The notes: generated by a model from the letters alone, not told the origin. 64,000 bases of DNA from Candidatus Kaiserbacteria bacterium RIFCSPLOWO2_01_FULL_45_25 (GCA_001781415.1 MFLT01000012.1:6485-70484), one strand, 5' to 3'. Positions 28,340 to 36,031 are shown, counted from the stretch's first letter. Numbers and translations: made by a program.

Positions 28340-29056
28340 TTAGTTACGAGTAACACGAGTGATGTTTCGGTTGAGCACATTAGTGATTAGGCCGTCTGAC
28401 TGACTAACGCCAGTTTGAACATTGCCAGCGGCAGCACCGCTTCCACCAGTGCCACCATTTCCACCAACGGCGGTGTTATCACCCATATTGAGCCACCACC
28501 AGAAACTAAAAGCAGCATCCGCGTCGGCGTCACCGCCATTACCTCCCTCTTCACCGTCACCGCCATCACTGTCGTTGCCGCCAGTGCGAGCTCTGACTTG
28601 AAGTTCGTTTTCTAGATTGGCTTCATTATTGTTGGTTACGTCAACATCGTCTGATCCACCAAAGAAGAATGGGAAGTCAAAATCATCATCGCATCCGCAT
28701 CCCTCGACTTCGGTCTCGTTACGATTGATGTCATTATCAATGGTACCAATTGCTAGAGCACCGCCAGTGCTGATATTGCCTCCGGTGCCACCACTACCGC
28801 CGTTGCCTCCATCTCCACCAGTAGCGTCACCATCTTCAGAATCAGCTTCTCCACCATTACCACCCTCTTCACCGTCGCCACCATCGCTGTCGTTGCCGCC
28901 AGTGCTGGCACCAACAGAAAGTGAGTTTGATACGGTGGCGCTGTTAGAGTTGTTTACCGTCACATCATCAGCGTATGCAAATGAAGCAAATGAAAGTGCA
29001 ATCATCGCAACTGTAGCTATGCTAGAAATAGATAGTACTTGAATTATTTTAGTCAT
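28340..29056 (-). CDS. secreted Gly/Asp-rich repeat protein (internal duplication)
   Basis: 238 aa, signal peptide; duplicated ARTGGNDSDGGDGEEGGNGG unit; shares repeat architecture with 25277..27844. Confidence 0.6.
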   Translation of the reverse strand: MTKIIQVLSISSIATVAMIALSFASFAYADDVTVNNSNSATVSNSLSVGASTGGNDSDGGDGEEGGNGGEADSEDGDATGGDGGNGGSGGTGGNISTGGALAIGTIDNDINRNETEVEGCGCDDDFDFPFFFGGSDDVDVTNNNEANLENELQVRARTGGNDSDGGDGEEGGNGGDADADAAFSFWWWLNMGDNTAVGGNGGTGGSGAAAGNVQTGVSQSDGLITNVLNRNITRVTRN

Positions 29057-29219
29057 AAAATTTTCTTGATTAATAATCAGTTAATTTGTAATGAATTAAA
29101 TAAGTGTTTGCTGCATACTAAGCGGCAGTAATACACCTGTGCGGGATGATGCACGTAACCCACACAGAGAAGTGTTGTACTCAACTTCTCTGTGTGGACT
29201 ATCGCACACAGAGAGCATT

Positions 29220-29921
29220 TTATTTAGCAAAGCGAGAATGAATTGGGATGAAGTTGCGAGCAGTTGGAAGATTGTAGACTTGTCGCACAAAACGGTGACT
29301 TGATTCAGAAAGTAGTGAAACCACTTCTTGATCAGAAATTTCTGAATAGTCCATATAGTAGCTAGCAGTTGTACCACGGTACTCACGGTCATCATTAACC
29401 ACGACTACACTATCAACTAGGGCGGTAAGTTCCCTAGCAATGTCATGAGGCGCTACTGGACTTGCTACCACTATCTTGTCTGGCCATTGCTCCTGCAGAG
29501 CTTGAATAGCTGCCTTCATAGTAATACCAGTTGCAATACCGTCATCAACAATAATGGCAATTTTATTTTCAGCTGAGAGAGACGGTTCATTTTTTTTATA
29601 AACTTCACGGCGTCGCTGCGCTTCTACTTGCTTAAGATACATTTCGTAGTTCAACCAGCTACCATCAAGCCCACATAGTCCACTTTCATAACAAACAGTC
29701 TCTCCAGTCTCGGCGATGGCACAAATTCCATAATCTTGACTCATTGGATGACAAATTTTTTGGACAATCAAAATATCTAGCGGTAATCCAAGCGCTTTAG
29801 CTACTTCAAAACCTACTGGCACTCCACCCTTTGGCAAAGCAAATAGAACCGCATTTTCTCCTCTATATTGATTTAATTTTTGAGCCAGTCTTGCACCGGC
29901 AGCGCGTCTATCGAAGAACAT
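29220..29921 (-). CDS. phosphoribosyltransferase-domain protein
   Basis: IAIIVDDGIATGITM PRPP-binding motif; 233 aa. Confidence 0.8.
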   Translation of the reverse strand: MFFDRRAAGARLAQKLNQYRGENAVLFALPKGGVPVGFEVAKALGLPLDILIVQKICHPMSQDYGICAIAETGETVCYESGLCGLDGSWLNYEMYLKQVEAQRRREVYKKNEPSLSAENKIAIIVDDGIATGITMKAAIQALQEQWPDKIVVASPVAPHDIARELTALVDSVVVVNDDREYRGTTASYYMDYSEISDQEVVSLLSESSHRFVRQVYNLPTARNFIPIHSRFAK

Positions 29922-30491
29922 ATATTTTAGAAATTAAGATGTTATTAAAACTTCAAATAAAAACGATTACTGTCACTGTCTTTTTTATTTAACTATTTCT
30001 TGTCCTTCTTTCCTTCTTCTACTACAGGTGGCAGTAGAATTCAGAAATCACTCTACGCGCTTTTTAGGACTCTTGTATTTTGCATCAATCGTATGAAAAC
30101 TTGGTGAAGAGTATGATCATACGGTCGGTATATAATATGTATTCAAAGCTCTAACTCACAATCCTGGAGGATGAGTCTAAAGCTGTGCCTTGTCTGATTA
30201 GTGAAGCAATTGCGCGACTGGTATCTTTTGTAACAGTCATACGTCGTGACTCTGCACAATGCCAATGGTGAGAGCATACGGTGCGCTTTGCAAAGAACAG
30301 TCTGTTTAGAATTTTGCCAGTAAAGTTAACTAAGCAGTAGTTTCCAGCTGTCATTAAATTTTTAAAACAATACTTTTTATTTTGTGTCAACAACTATACT
30401 CAAATAGCACTTATTTATAAGTTCAGAATTGCGTGTGAGAATTTTAAAATTGTATTAACTAGAATGTGAGCGACAACAAAAATGTTGTGGC

Positions 30492-31226
30492 TTATGCGTT
30501 AGCATCATCCCAGAGTCGTTTAAAAAATAAAGTTGAAGATTCTGCCAAACCGTTATCTTCGAAAATAATTCCGATTGATTCTTTTGGGCTAAGTAAAATT
30601 AAGGCTACGTGGTCATCAAACATTATGTATACAACTCGATGCAAACGCTCGTCTTCATAGACACGAATACGATGCTGTGTACCATGTACAATGTCCTTAA
30701 GGACATTCACAAAGTCACAGTCACTAGTTAGTAGTTGAGTTGGTACTTCTCTAGCAAATAATGCATGAAAAAAGTCCTCTACCATGGTGTCATCCAGGTA
30801 TTGGGACATGTGCAACACTGATCCCATTATTTGAACTGGGTATTTAGAATTTAATACCTCATCAAAAATATGTTGCACATTAGTAAGTCCAGTAAAATAT
30901 CTGAAAAGCGGTTTTAGTTTAGATTCGTGCTTTAGCGCCTGCAGTTCCGGCAGTAGTTTGTGCAACAATACTTCTTTCTCTTGCAAATTAATTAGAAAAC
31001 GACTAGGGCTTTCAGCTAACCAAACTGAACCTTGTGGCTTAACGCAATGACTTAGCAAGCCTTTCTTTTGTAATGCTTCAACGACTAATTGTGTAGTTGA
31101 GCGCGGTAAATCAGCCGCACGAGACATATCACTAACTGTACCCTCCCCTAATCTTAGAAGAGTTAAATATACCTTTATCTCATTATGCGGATACCCAAGC
31201 TGCTCTAGAGCTCTTTGAATTTGCAT
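30492..31226 (-). CDS. TrmB-family transcriptional regulator
   Basis: N-terminal wHTH MQIQRALEQLGYPHNEIKVYLTLLRLGEGTVSDMSRAADLPRSTTQLVVEALQKKGLL typical of TrmB. Confidence 0.7.
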   Translation of the reverse strand: MQIQRALEQLGYPHNEIKVYLTLLRLGEGTVSDMSRAADLPRSTTQLVVEALQKKGLLSHCVKPQGSVWLAESPSRFLINLQEKEVLLHKLLPELQALKHESKLKPLFRYFTGLTNVQHIFDEVLNSKYPVQIMGSVLHMSQYLDDTMVEDFFHALFAREVPTQLLTSDCDFVNVLKDIVHGTQHRIRVYEDERLHRVVYIMFDDHVALILLSPKESIGIIFEDNGLAESSTLFFKRLWDDANA

Positions 31227-31482
31227 AGTAGTAAAAACATCCGGCTGGCTATCCCCCAGGCTCCGCCATGGGCATAATGCCGCCGGAACCTGGTGTTTTT
31301 TCTAGCAGTAGAATCGCCGCCGGCAATACATATTTAATGTCACATTCATTCCCTCGCTTAAGCTCGGGCATTCTGTGACAAACTAGTAAACATTACTAAT
31401 CTGAGCTAATCGGTCGGTTTGTTAATAAGTCTAATCTATTAAAATTATGTACTACTGATGAAATATGTCAATGGGGTTTTTT

Positions 31483-31538
31483 CGAAAAGAAGAAGCCCCA
31501 CGAGTTTTGAAGTCGCGTGGACTTCCTCGTGGGGCTTT
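31483..31538 (-). terminator. long intrinsic terminator hairpin (11-bp stem AGCCCCACGAG...CTCGTGGGGCT)
   Basis: followed by U-rich tract on minus strand just after stop of 31546..31716. Confidence 0.55.
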
Positions 31539-31545
31539 CTGTTAT

Positions 31546-31716
31546 TCAGGCTGATTTGCGCAGACTGTTGACGATCTTTTGGCGTTGGCCAGGCGGCAGG
31601 TCGTTGAATTGACCAGCCGTTCGTGCGTTGATGGTTGTCTTGCGGCGAGCATTGCGCTCACGGTCAAGCTCTTTTTCTTTCGATGAGCGGTGCTTATTGA
31701 TTCTGTGTTTACCCAT
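31546..31716 (-). CDS. small basic protein (56 aa) of unknown function
   Basis: ATG at 31716 preceded by GGAG 8 nt upstream on minus; ORF track lists a longer 63-aa version starting at 31737. Confidence 0.4.
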   Translation of the reverse strand: MGKHRINKHRSSKEKELDRERNARRKTTINARTAGQFNDLPPGQRQKIVNSLRKSA

Positions 31717-32026
31717 CTCTATATCTCCTATGAACAAAGAACGGCTTAGATTCTATATTGGAGTCTAGAGTAAGTCAAACAGTAATAATGGTGTATAGGG
31801 AATGATCCTTGTGACTAAGTTAGTTAGTTTTGTTTACTACATAACGCAATCCATGCAAACGTAAATAGTACGGTTAACCGTACTATTTTGTTGGGTTGAG
31901 GGGAATGATCCTGACGGTCACCAACCTATATTATTTCGCATCCGCTCATAATCTAGCTGGTGCCGCCGTAAAACAGTGTCTATACACTGTTTTACCACCT
32001 CGCTCGCTCGTAAACTCGCATCGTTC

Positions 32027-32054
32027 CGGCGGTTCGATTCCCACGCAGGGTGCA
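32027..32054 (+). repeat. tRNA 3'-end-like fragment (GGTTCGATTCC T-loop + acceptor-like tail ...GGTGCA)
   Basis: contains GGTTCGATTCCC identical to the T-loop region of the adjacent tRNA-Ala(GGC) but T-stem cannot pair; no 5' half found. Confidence 0.5.
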
Positions 32055-32154
32055 ATTTGGAATCGGTCACTCTCGTGGATATTTTGTTTCGTTCCTCACA
32101 AAATATCTCACTCGCTCGACCCCCACTCGCGGCGGCCCAGAGGGGCCCCGCCGC

Positions 32155-32190
32155 TTCGGTTCGATTCCCCTAGATTCGCACAACAGCAAA
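32155..32190 (+). repeat. inverted partial copy of tRNA-Ala(GGC) 3' end (T-loop to trailer)
   Basis: GGTTCGATTCCCCTAGAtTCgCACAACAGC vs tRNA 3' end GGTTCGATTCCCCTAGAgTCcACAACAGC on opposite strand; arms flank hairpin GACCACTAAGCAaatGCTTAGTGGTC (32192..32217). Confidence 0.7.
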
Positions 32191-32225
32191 CGACCACTAA
32201 GCAAATGCTTAGTGGTCGGCTGTTG

Positions 32226-32298
32226 TGGACTCTAGGGGAATCGAACCCCTTACCTCTTCCATGCCATGGAAGCGCTCTACCAAATGAGCTAAGAGCCC
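32226..32298 (-). tRNA. tRNA-Ala (anticodon GGC)
   Basis: manual fold: acceptor GGGCTCT/AGAGTCC with G3:U70, D-arm GCTC/GAGC, anticodon stem CTTCC/GGAAG loop ATGGCAT, T-arm AGGGG-TTCGATT-CCCCT, discriminator A; CCA not encoded. Confidence 0.85.
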
Positions 32299-32396
32299 GT
32301 GAGTTCGACTATTATACGGATGGAATTAAAAATGAAAAGGGTATAAAAAAGCAGCCCGTGTTTGGGGCCGCTTGTTGTACCTTGTCAGTGTCCTGC

Positions 32397-32657
32397 TTAG
32401 GACTCGGCTGCGTTGGCTCTGTTGAAATCAATTTGCAGCGCAGCCAGTAATTCCGCTTGCTCTGCCGGTGTGCTTCGCTGGTATTGCTCGAGCGCCCTCA
32501 CCAAGAGATTATGCGTCAAGCCATTAAGCAGAAGCTTGTTGGCCTCCTCTGCAGCCAGTTGCCAGCGAGCTTGTTCATCCGCTTGGCTTTGTTGCAGACG
32601 GAGGTTGTATGCCTCTGCTGCCTGCCTGAACTCGTCCAGGAAGTCTTCCACGGTCAT
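32397..32657 (-). CDS. hypothetical small helical protein (GC-rich islet)
   Basis: 86-aa ORF, 4-nt overlap with upstream ORF. Confidence 0.45.
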   Translation of the reverse strand: MTVEDFLDEFRQAAEAYNLRLQQSQADEQARWQLAAEEANKLLLNGLTHNLLVRALEQYQRSTPAEQAELLAALQIDFNRANAAES

Positions 32658-32956
32658 GATTGCACCAGAGGTAACCGAGCCTGCAAGCTGTTGAGCGTCT
32701 GCTCAACATACAGCTTCGTCGACGTGTCGACCACCTCCGCCCGGTTATTGGGCTCGTTACGGAAGTGCTCAAACAGTCGAGCCAGCTCATAGCTGGGCAT
32801 TGTCCAAGGGAGGCTGACCTTAAACGCCGCCGTCCTGGCCAATTCAACAAAGTTGTCCGTCAGGCACTTGTCTTGGCCGTTGATGGCCAGGATGTAGTGT
32901 GTAGCAGCTGCCACAAACATGTTCTTGAACTCTTTTTCAGTGAGAACTGTGGGCAT
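32654..32956 (-). CDS. hypothetical protein (GC-rich islet)
   Basis: 100-aa ORF in 3-gene overlapping operon. Confidence 0.5.
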   Translation of the reverse strand: MPTVLTEKEFKNMFVAAATHYILAINGQDKCLTDNFVELARTAAFKVSLPWTMPSYELARLFEHFRNEPNNRAEVVDTSTKLYVEQTLNSLQARLPLVQS

Positions 32957-33281
32957 GATTGTCTCCTTTGGTTACGGGGTGTGATAGGGTGGGCACAGCG
33001 CAGTCACGCTCGATGACCTGGCTTTTGGTAAGCCAGCCAAACATACCTGGCGACTCCTCTGTCTTTTGGCGAATGACACATCCACCAGAAATCACAAAGT
33101 AGAACTCAATGATCTCTCCGTGCGTCAGCTTGTCGAAGTTAACGACCTTATAACGATGGTCGCCTTGTGGTTTCACCTGCACGATTGTGCCGGTGCTAAG
33201 GGTGTATCCTTCCGTCTTCTCCCCGCAAGCAGTGAAGACAATGGACACAAAGATCAGTACAAGAATGTCGTTAAGGTTCAC
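32937..33281 (-). CDS. putative lipoprotein (GC-rich islet)
   Basis: MNLNDILVLIFVSIVFTACG lipobox; 114 aa. Confidence 0.5.
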   Translation of the reverse strand: MNLNDILVLIFVSIVFTACGEKTEGYTLSTGTIVQVKPQGDHRYKVVNFDKLTHGEIIEFYFVISGGCVIRQKTEESPGMFGWLTKSQVIERDCAVPTLSHPVTKGDNHAHSSH

Positions 33282-33409
33282 TTTTCCTCCAAATGATTGA
33301 TACTAACAAATCCGGCTGAAATTAAATCACTATTGTAGTATGGTGTCAATTAAGACCCTTTCTCCTAATGCTAATTAAAGAGACTGAAATAGGAGTATTC
33401 TCTATGTAT

Positions 33410-33437
33410 CACTTGTGATACATAGAATTATGTATGA
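33410..33437. promoter_or_regulatory. palindromic candidate operator TCTATGTATCActtgTGATACATAGA
   Basis: 12-bp perfect arms; near-identical palindrome at 54118..54145. Confidence 0.4.
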
Positions 33438-33588
33438 ATAGGTGCAAAAGCTATAATTTAAACAAATTAATTAATGTTTTGGGTTTTAATGTGGTGTCAA
33501 TTTACAGTAATGATGTGTCACAAACTATTAATAAAACCAGCCCAGCAATTATCAATTGCTGGGCTGGTTTAGGAGTCGCTTCTAACTG

Positions 33589-34350
33589 TTATGACTCAAA
33601 GGTGATGCGGCGAACATCAGCGCCAGTATCGAGCATATCAGCTTGTAGGAGGGCCTTGGCTGGCTCTACAAACTGATTTGGGTCACAGACTGCTTCTGTA
33701 CCATCCAAAGCTACACAGATACTTTCAGCGTCAAAGAAAAGTGGGAGCACATGTCCAGGTGTACCATTTTCTTCGTAAATTAAGTGCCAGTTTCCGGCTG
33801 TGTACGGAGCCGGTACGCTCTTAAGGAGGAATCCACTACGCTCAAAGTCAAACTCACGCTCTGGCGGAACTTCTCCTTGTAGACATTCAATTTTAGTAAT
33901 TTGCCACAAACCATCAACGGCACTTAGAGTAGCCACTGTTTGGTATGGAGACTTTGTCTCAAATCCTCGAGCCAGTATCATAATCTGTGCTTCGGTATCT
34001 GCTTTAAAGATTTCCTTGCCACCAAGTCGTTCTGGTACAGTTAACTGACAAAAAACCGCATCCAAGTCCCCTTCGGCTTTGTTGGCTTTCTTGTCTAGAA
34101 TCATGTTCCGTACTTCGTCACTGATACGGGTTGAATTAATAAGACCAGACTGAAATGGATCAGTGGTAGTACTTTGTGATTCCGCTAGCCACTGATCAAA
34201 GAATACCATCGTTACATCAAGTGCTTCTTCCTGTGGAATTTGTGTTTCTGATACGCCGTCAGAATCTTTACTACTTTTAAATAGTGAGACAGATACAGCA
34301 ATGATAGCCAAAACTGCTCCACCGATAATTATAATTTTTTTTGTGTTCAC
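33589..34350 (-). CDS. hypothetical membrane-anchored protein
   Basis: 253 aa, single N-terminal TM. Confidence 0.55.
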   Translation of the reverse strand: MNTKKIIIIGGAVLAIIAVSVSLFKSSKDSDGVSETQIPQEEALDVTMVFFDQWLAESQSTTTDPFQSGLINSTRISDEVRNMILDKKANKAEGDLDAVFCQLTVPERLGGKEIFKADTEAQIMILARGFETKSPYQTVATLSAVDGLWQITKIECLQGEVPPEREFDFERSGFLLKSVPAPYTAGNWHLIYEENGTPGHVLPLFFDAESICVALDGTEAVCDPNQFVEPAKALLQADMLDTGADVRRITFES

Positions 34351-34455
34351 AATTGAATTTTGTACCAGTTAGAAGTAAGGAGGTACGATTTTTCTAGTAT
34401 ATCACTTAATTTAGGCAACTTATAGGCTTACATTAAGCTAAAATGTTTTGTTATG

Positions 34456-34692
34456 TTAGGCTAAGTTTTGCATTTTTACATCTATAGATTCATCAAAAAC
34501 TTCTATACAGTCAACATTGGCAGTATTCACCATCAATATTCGGCCATCCATTAAAGTCATTTTGGTAAATTCACCTTGTTTTATAGTCTCAGTAATAATT
34601 CCACTAAAAGTTCGCTTGTTTCCGTTTGAAAAATGAATAATCTGTGTAACGGTTTTACCCATGCTGTTTATTGTTGAATGAAGATTTGGCAC
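34456..34692 (-). CDS. hypothetical small protein
   Basis: 78-aa ORF. Confidence 0.4.
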   Translation of the reverse strand: MPNLHSTINSMGKTVTQIIHFSNGNKRTFSGIITETIKQGEFTKMTLMDGRILMVNTANVDCIEVFDESIDVKMQNLA

Positions 34693-34794
34693 AGGTCGAT
34701 TGTATCATGGAATATTTTTAGAGTGAATGATTAGTGTTTTGGTGAAAATTCTTGAATATTAAGGCGGTTACAAACTAGGAGGGTTGGCGTATTC

Positions 34795-35289
34795 ATGGTT
34801 TACTTAGAGTGGATTATTAAACAACCAGGAGAATCTGCCATGATTGAATCGTTTCTTTCCTTCCTGCGAGTCTGTTCTGTGGGCACGGCAGTGCTGTCGT
34901 TTTGCCTGCTGATGTATCCGGCTGTACTCCCGTTTTGGGGGCAAGCTTTGGATATAAAGGCTGCTTACGCGCTGATCTTTAGTTTGCTCACGCTTTCTTA
35001 CACAAAGCTCGGAGAAAGGATCATGGTGGCCAGATACATGGTTGTCTACAACCGTTTTATTTCTCAAGCGCTGGTGCTGGTCGTGGTACTCATGCTGCTT
35101 ATGGTGTATACCGCCTGGTATGCATTGAGCACTCTTCAACACCCCAGTTATACCGTGAATGCTGTAGTGCTTCTTGCCTCAGCGGCCATGGCCTTAGCTT
35201 CCACCGTGGCCAGCTGCATTGCTGTGTACTACGCCATCGAGTCTTGGTACCAAGAAAGAATTTATATGAATGGGAGGACATACGAATGA
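34795..35289 (+). CDS. hypothetical membrane protein
   Basis: 164 aa, 4 hydrophobic helices; higher GC than surroundings. Confidence 0.5.
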   Translation: MVYLEWIIKQPGESAMIESFLSFLRVCSVGTAVLSFCLLMYPAVLPFWGQALDIKAAYALIFSLLTLSYTKLGERIMVARYMVVYNRFISQALVLVVVLMLLMVYTAWYALSTLQHPSYTVNAVVLLASAAMALASTVASCIAVYYAIESWYQERIYMNGRTYE

Positions 35290-35302
35290 ATTCAACAACA
35301 AG

Positions 35303-35333
35303 AAACCCGCCACCTGGCGGGTTTTGATATTTA
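35303..35333 (+). terminator. intrinsic terminator (AACCCGCC acct GGCGGGTT + TTGATATTT)
   Basis: hairpin + T-rich tail after stop of 34795..35289. Confidence 0.55.
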
Positions 35334-35640
35334 TATAAGATTCGGTCACCATAAAACTTTCTCCCAGAAAGTTTTATCTAAGTTTTTATTTCGTTTCACT
35401 CATAAAAATCTAAGTACTCTCGAATCTTACTTGAACAAATGAGTACCTAAACCAGAGCTCGCTCGGGTTTAGGGTGCGAATGCAGTTCAAGAATGCCTGC
35501 ATACAGATTCTGTCCACTCATTGGACCTTTTATGCGCAAGCTTGAAAAGTCCTCAATGAGTCTTGCGAAATGGGTCCCTTCCCATTTCTCACCCAACTCG
35601 CCGACAAGCACTCGCTAACGCTCGTCTTGTGTACCGGCTC

Positions 35641-35668
35641 CGTCTTTCGAATCTTCTCTGATCGCACA
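35641..35668 (+). repeat. tRNA-Ala(UGC) 3'-end-like fragment (TTTCGAATCTTCTCTG...GCACA)
   Basis: matches T-loop/acceptor 3' strand of the adjacent tRNA (GTTCGAATCTTCTCTGG) in opposite orientation. Confidence 0.5.
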
Positions 35669-35809
35669 ACGGCAAAGTCCGCAATACTTTCGTGGGTGGT
35701 ATTTAGTCGAAGATTCGGTCACGAGTTACTAAAGCATAATCTTTCGCAAAGCTCAGATTCTGCTAAGTACTCTCGACCCCAGCTCGCTAGTTCGCAAGCT
35801 CACAGCGCT

Positions 35810-35838
35810 CCGCTTTTCGAATCTTCACGAAAGGTGCA
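35810..35838 (+). repeat. second tRNA-Ala(UGC) 3'-end-like fragment (TTTCGAATCTTCACG...GGTGCA)
   Basis: degenerate copy; ends in GGTGCA like fragment at 32027..32054. Confidence 0.45.
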
Positions 35839-35846
35839 TTAGCACC

Positions 35847-35923
35847 TTTCTTCTGGTCCACGAATAAAAAAGGCCGTCACTAGTGTGACGGACGCTTTTT
35901 TATATTCGTGGACCAGAGAAGAT
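35847..35923. repeat. inverted repeat (CTTCTGGTCCACGAATA / TATTCGTGGACCAGAGAAG) enclosing terminator hairpin CCGTCAC tagt GTGACGG; distal arm is the 3' end of tRNA-Ala(UGC)
   Basis: 17-19-nt arms; same architecture as downstream of tRNA-Ala(GGC). Confidence 0.65.
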
Positions 35924-35981
35924 TCGAACTCCCTGCCTCCTCAGTGCAAATGAGGCGCTCTACCAAGTGAGCTACTGGCCC
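35909..35981 (-). tRNA. tRNA-Ala (anticodon UGC)
   Basis: manual fold: acceptor GGGCCAG/CTGGTCC with G3:U70, D-arm GCTC/GAGC, anticodon stem CCTCA/TGAGG loop TTTGCAC, T-loop TTCGAAT (T-stem GGGAG/CTTCT with two G:U), discriminator A. Confidence 0.75.
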
Positions 35982-36031
35982 AAGAAACTAAAGGGTTTCC
36001 CCTCTAATTTCGCACTATAATACGAGTTTCC

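Noticed and set aside
29096-29395. 99-aa ORF overlapping the 3' end of the PRTase gene
   Set aside because: It is out of frame and overlaps a gene with clear motifs. It has no independent support.
31896-32215. Possible tmRNA (ssrA) or plus-strand tRNAs suggested by two GGTTCGATTCC T-loop-like motifs
   Set aside because: No 5' acceptor partner (GGGG...) could be found. The T-stems flanking both motifs do not pair. No plausible resume-codon/tag ORF ends in ...AA-stop. The segments are better explained as degenerate or inverted copies of the adjacent tRNA-Ala 3' end.
31896-32450. 184-aa plus-strand ORF from the track
   Set aside because: It overlaps the tRNA-Ala gene, its terminator hairpin and the tRNA-fragment repeats. 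It has no start context and is almost certainly non-coding.
34456-34692. Possible Hfq/Sm-like protein
   Set aside because: Only a vague resemblance in size and alternating beta-strand pattern. No Sm1/Sm2 motif (no YKHAI-like segment). It is left as hypothetical.
35570-35842. 90-aa plus-strand ORF
   Set aside because: It lies entirely within the repeat-rich tRNA-derived tract and has no RBS. Its sequence is dominated by repeats.
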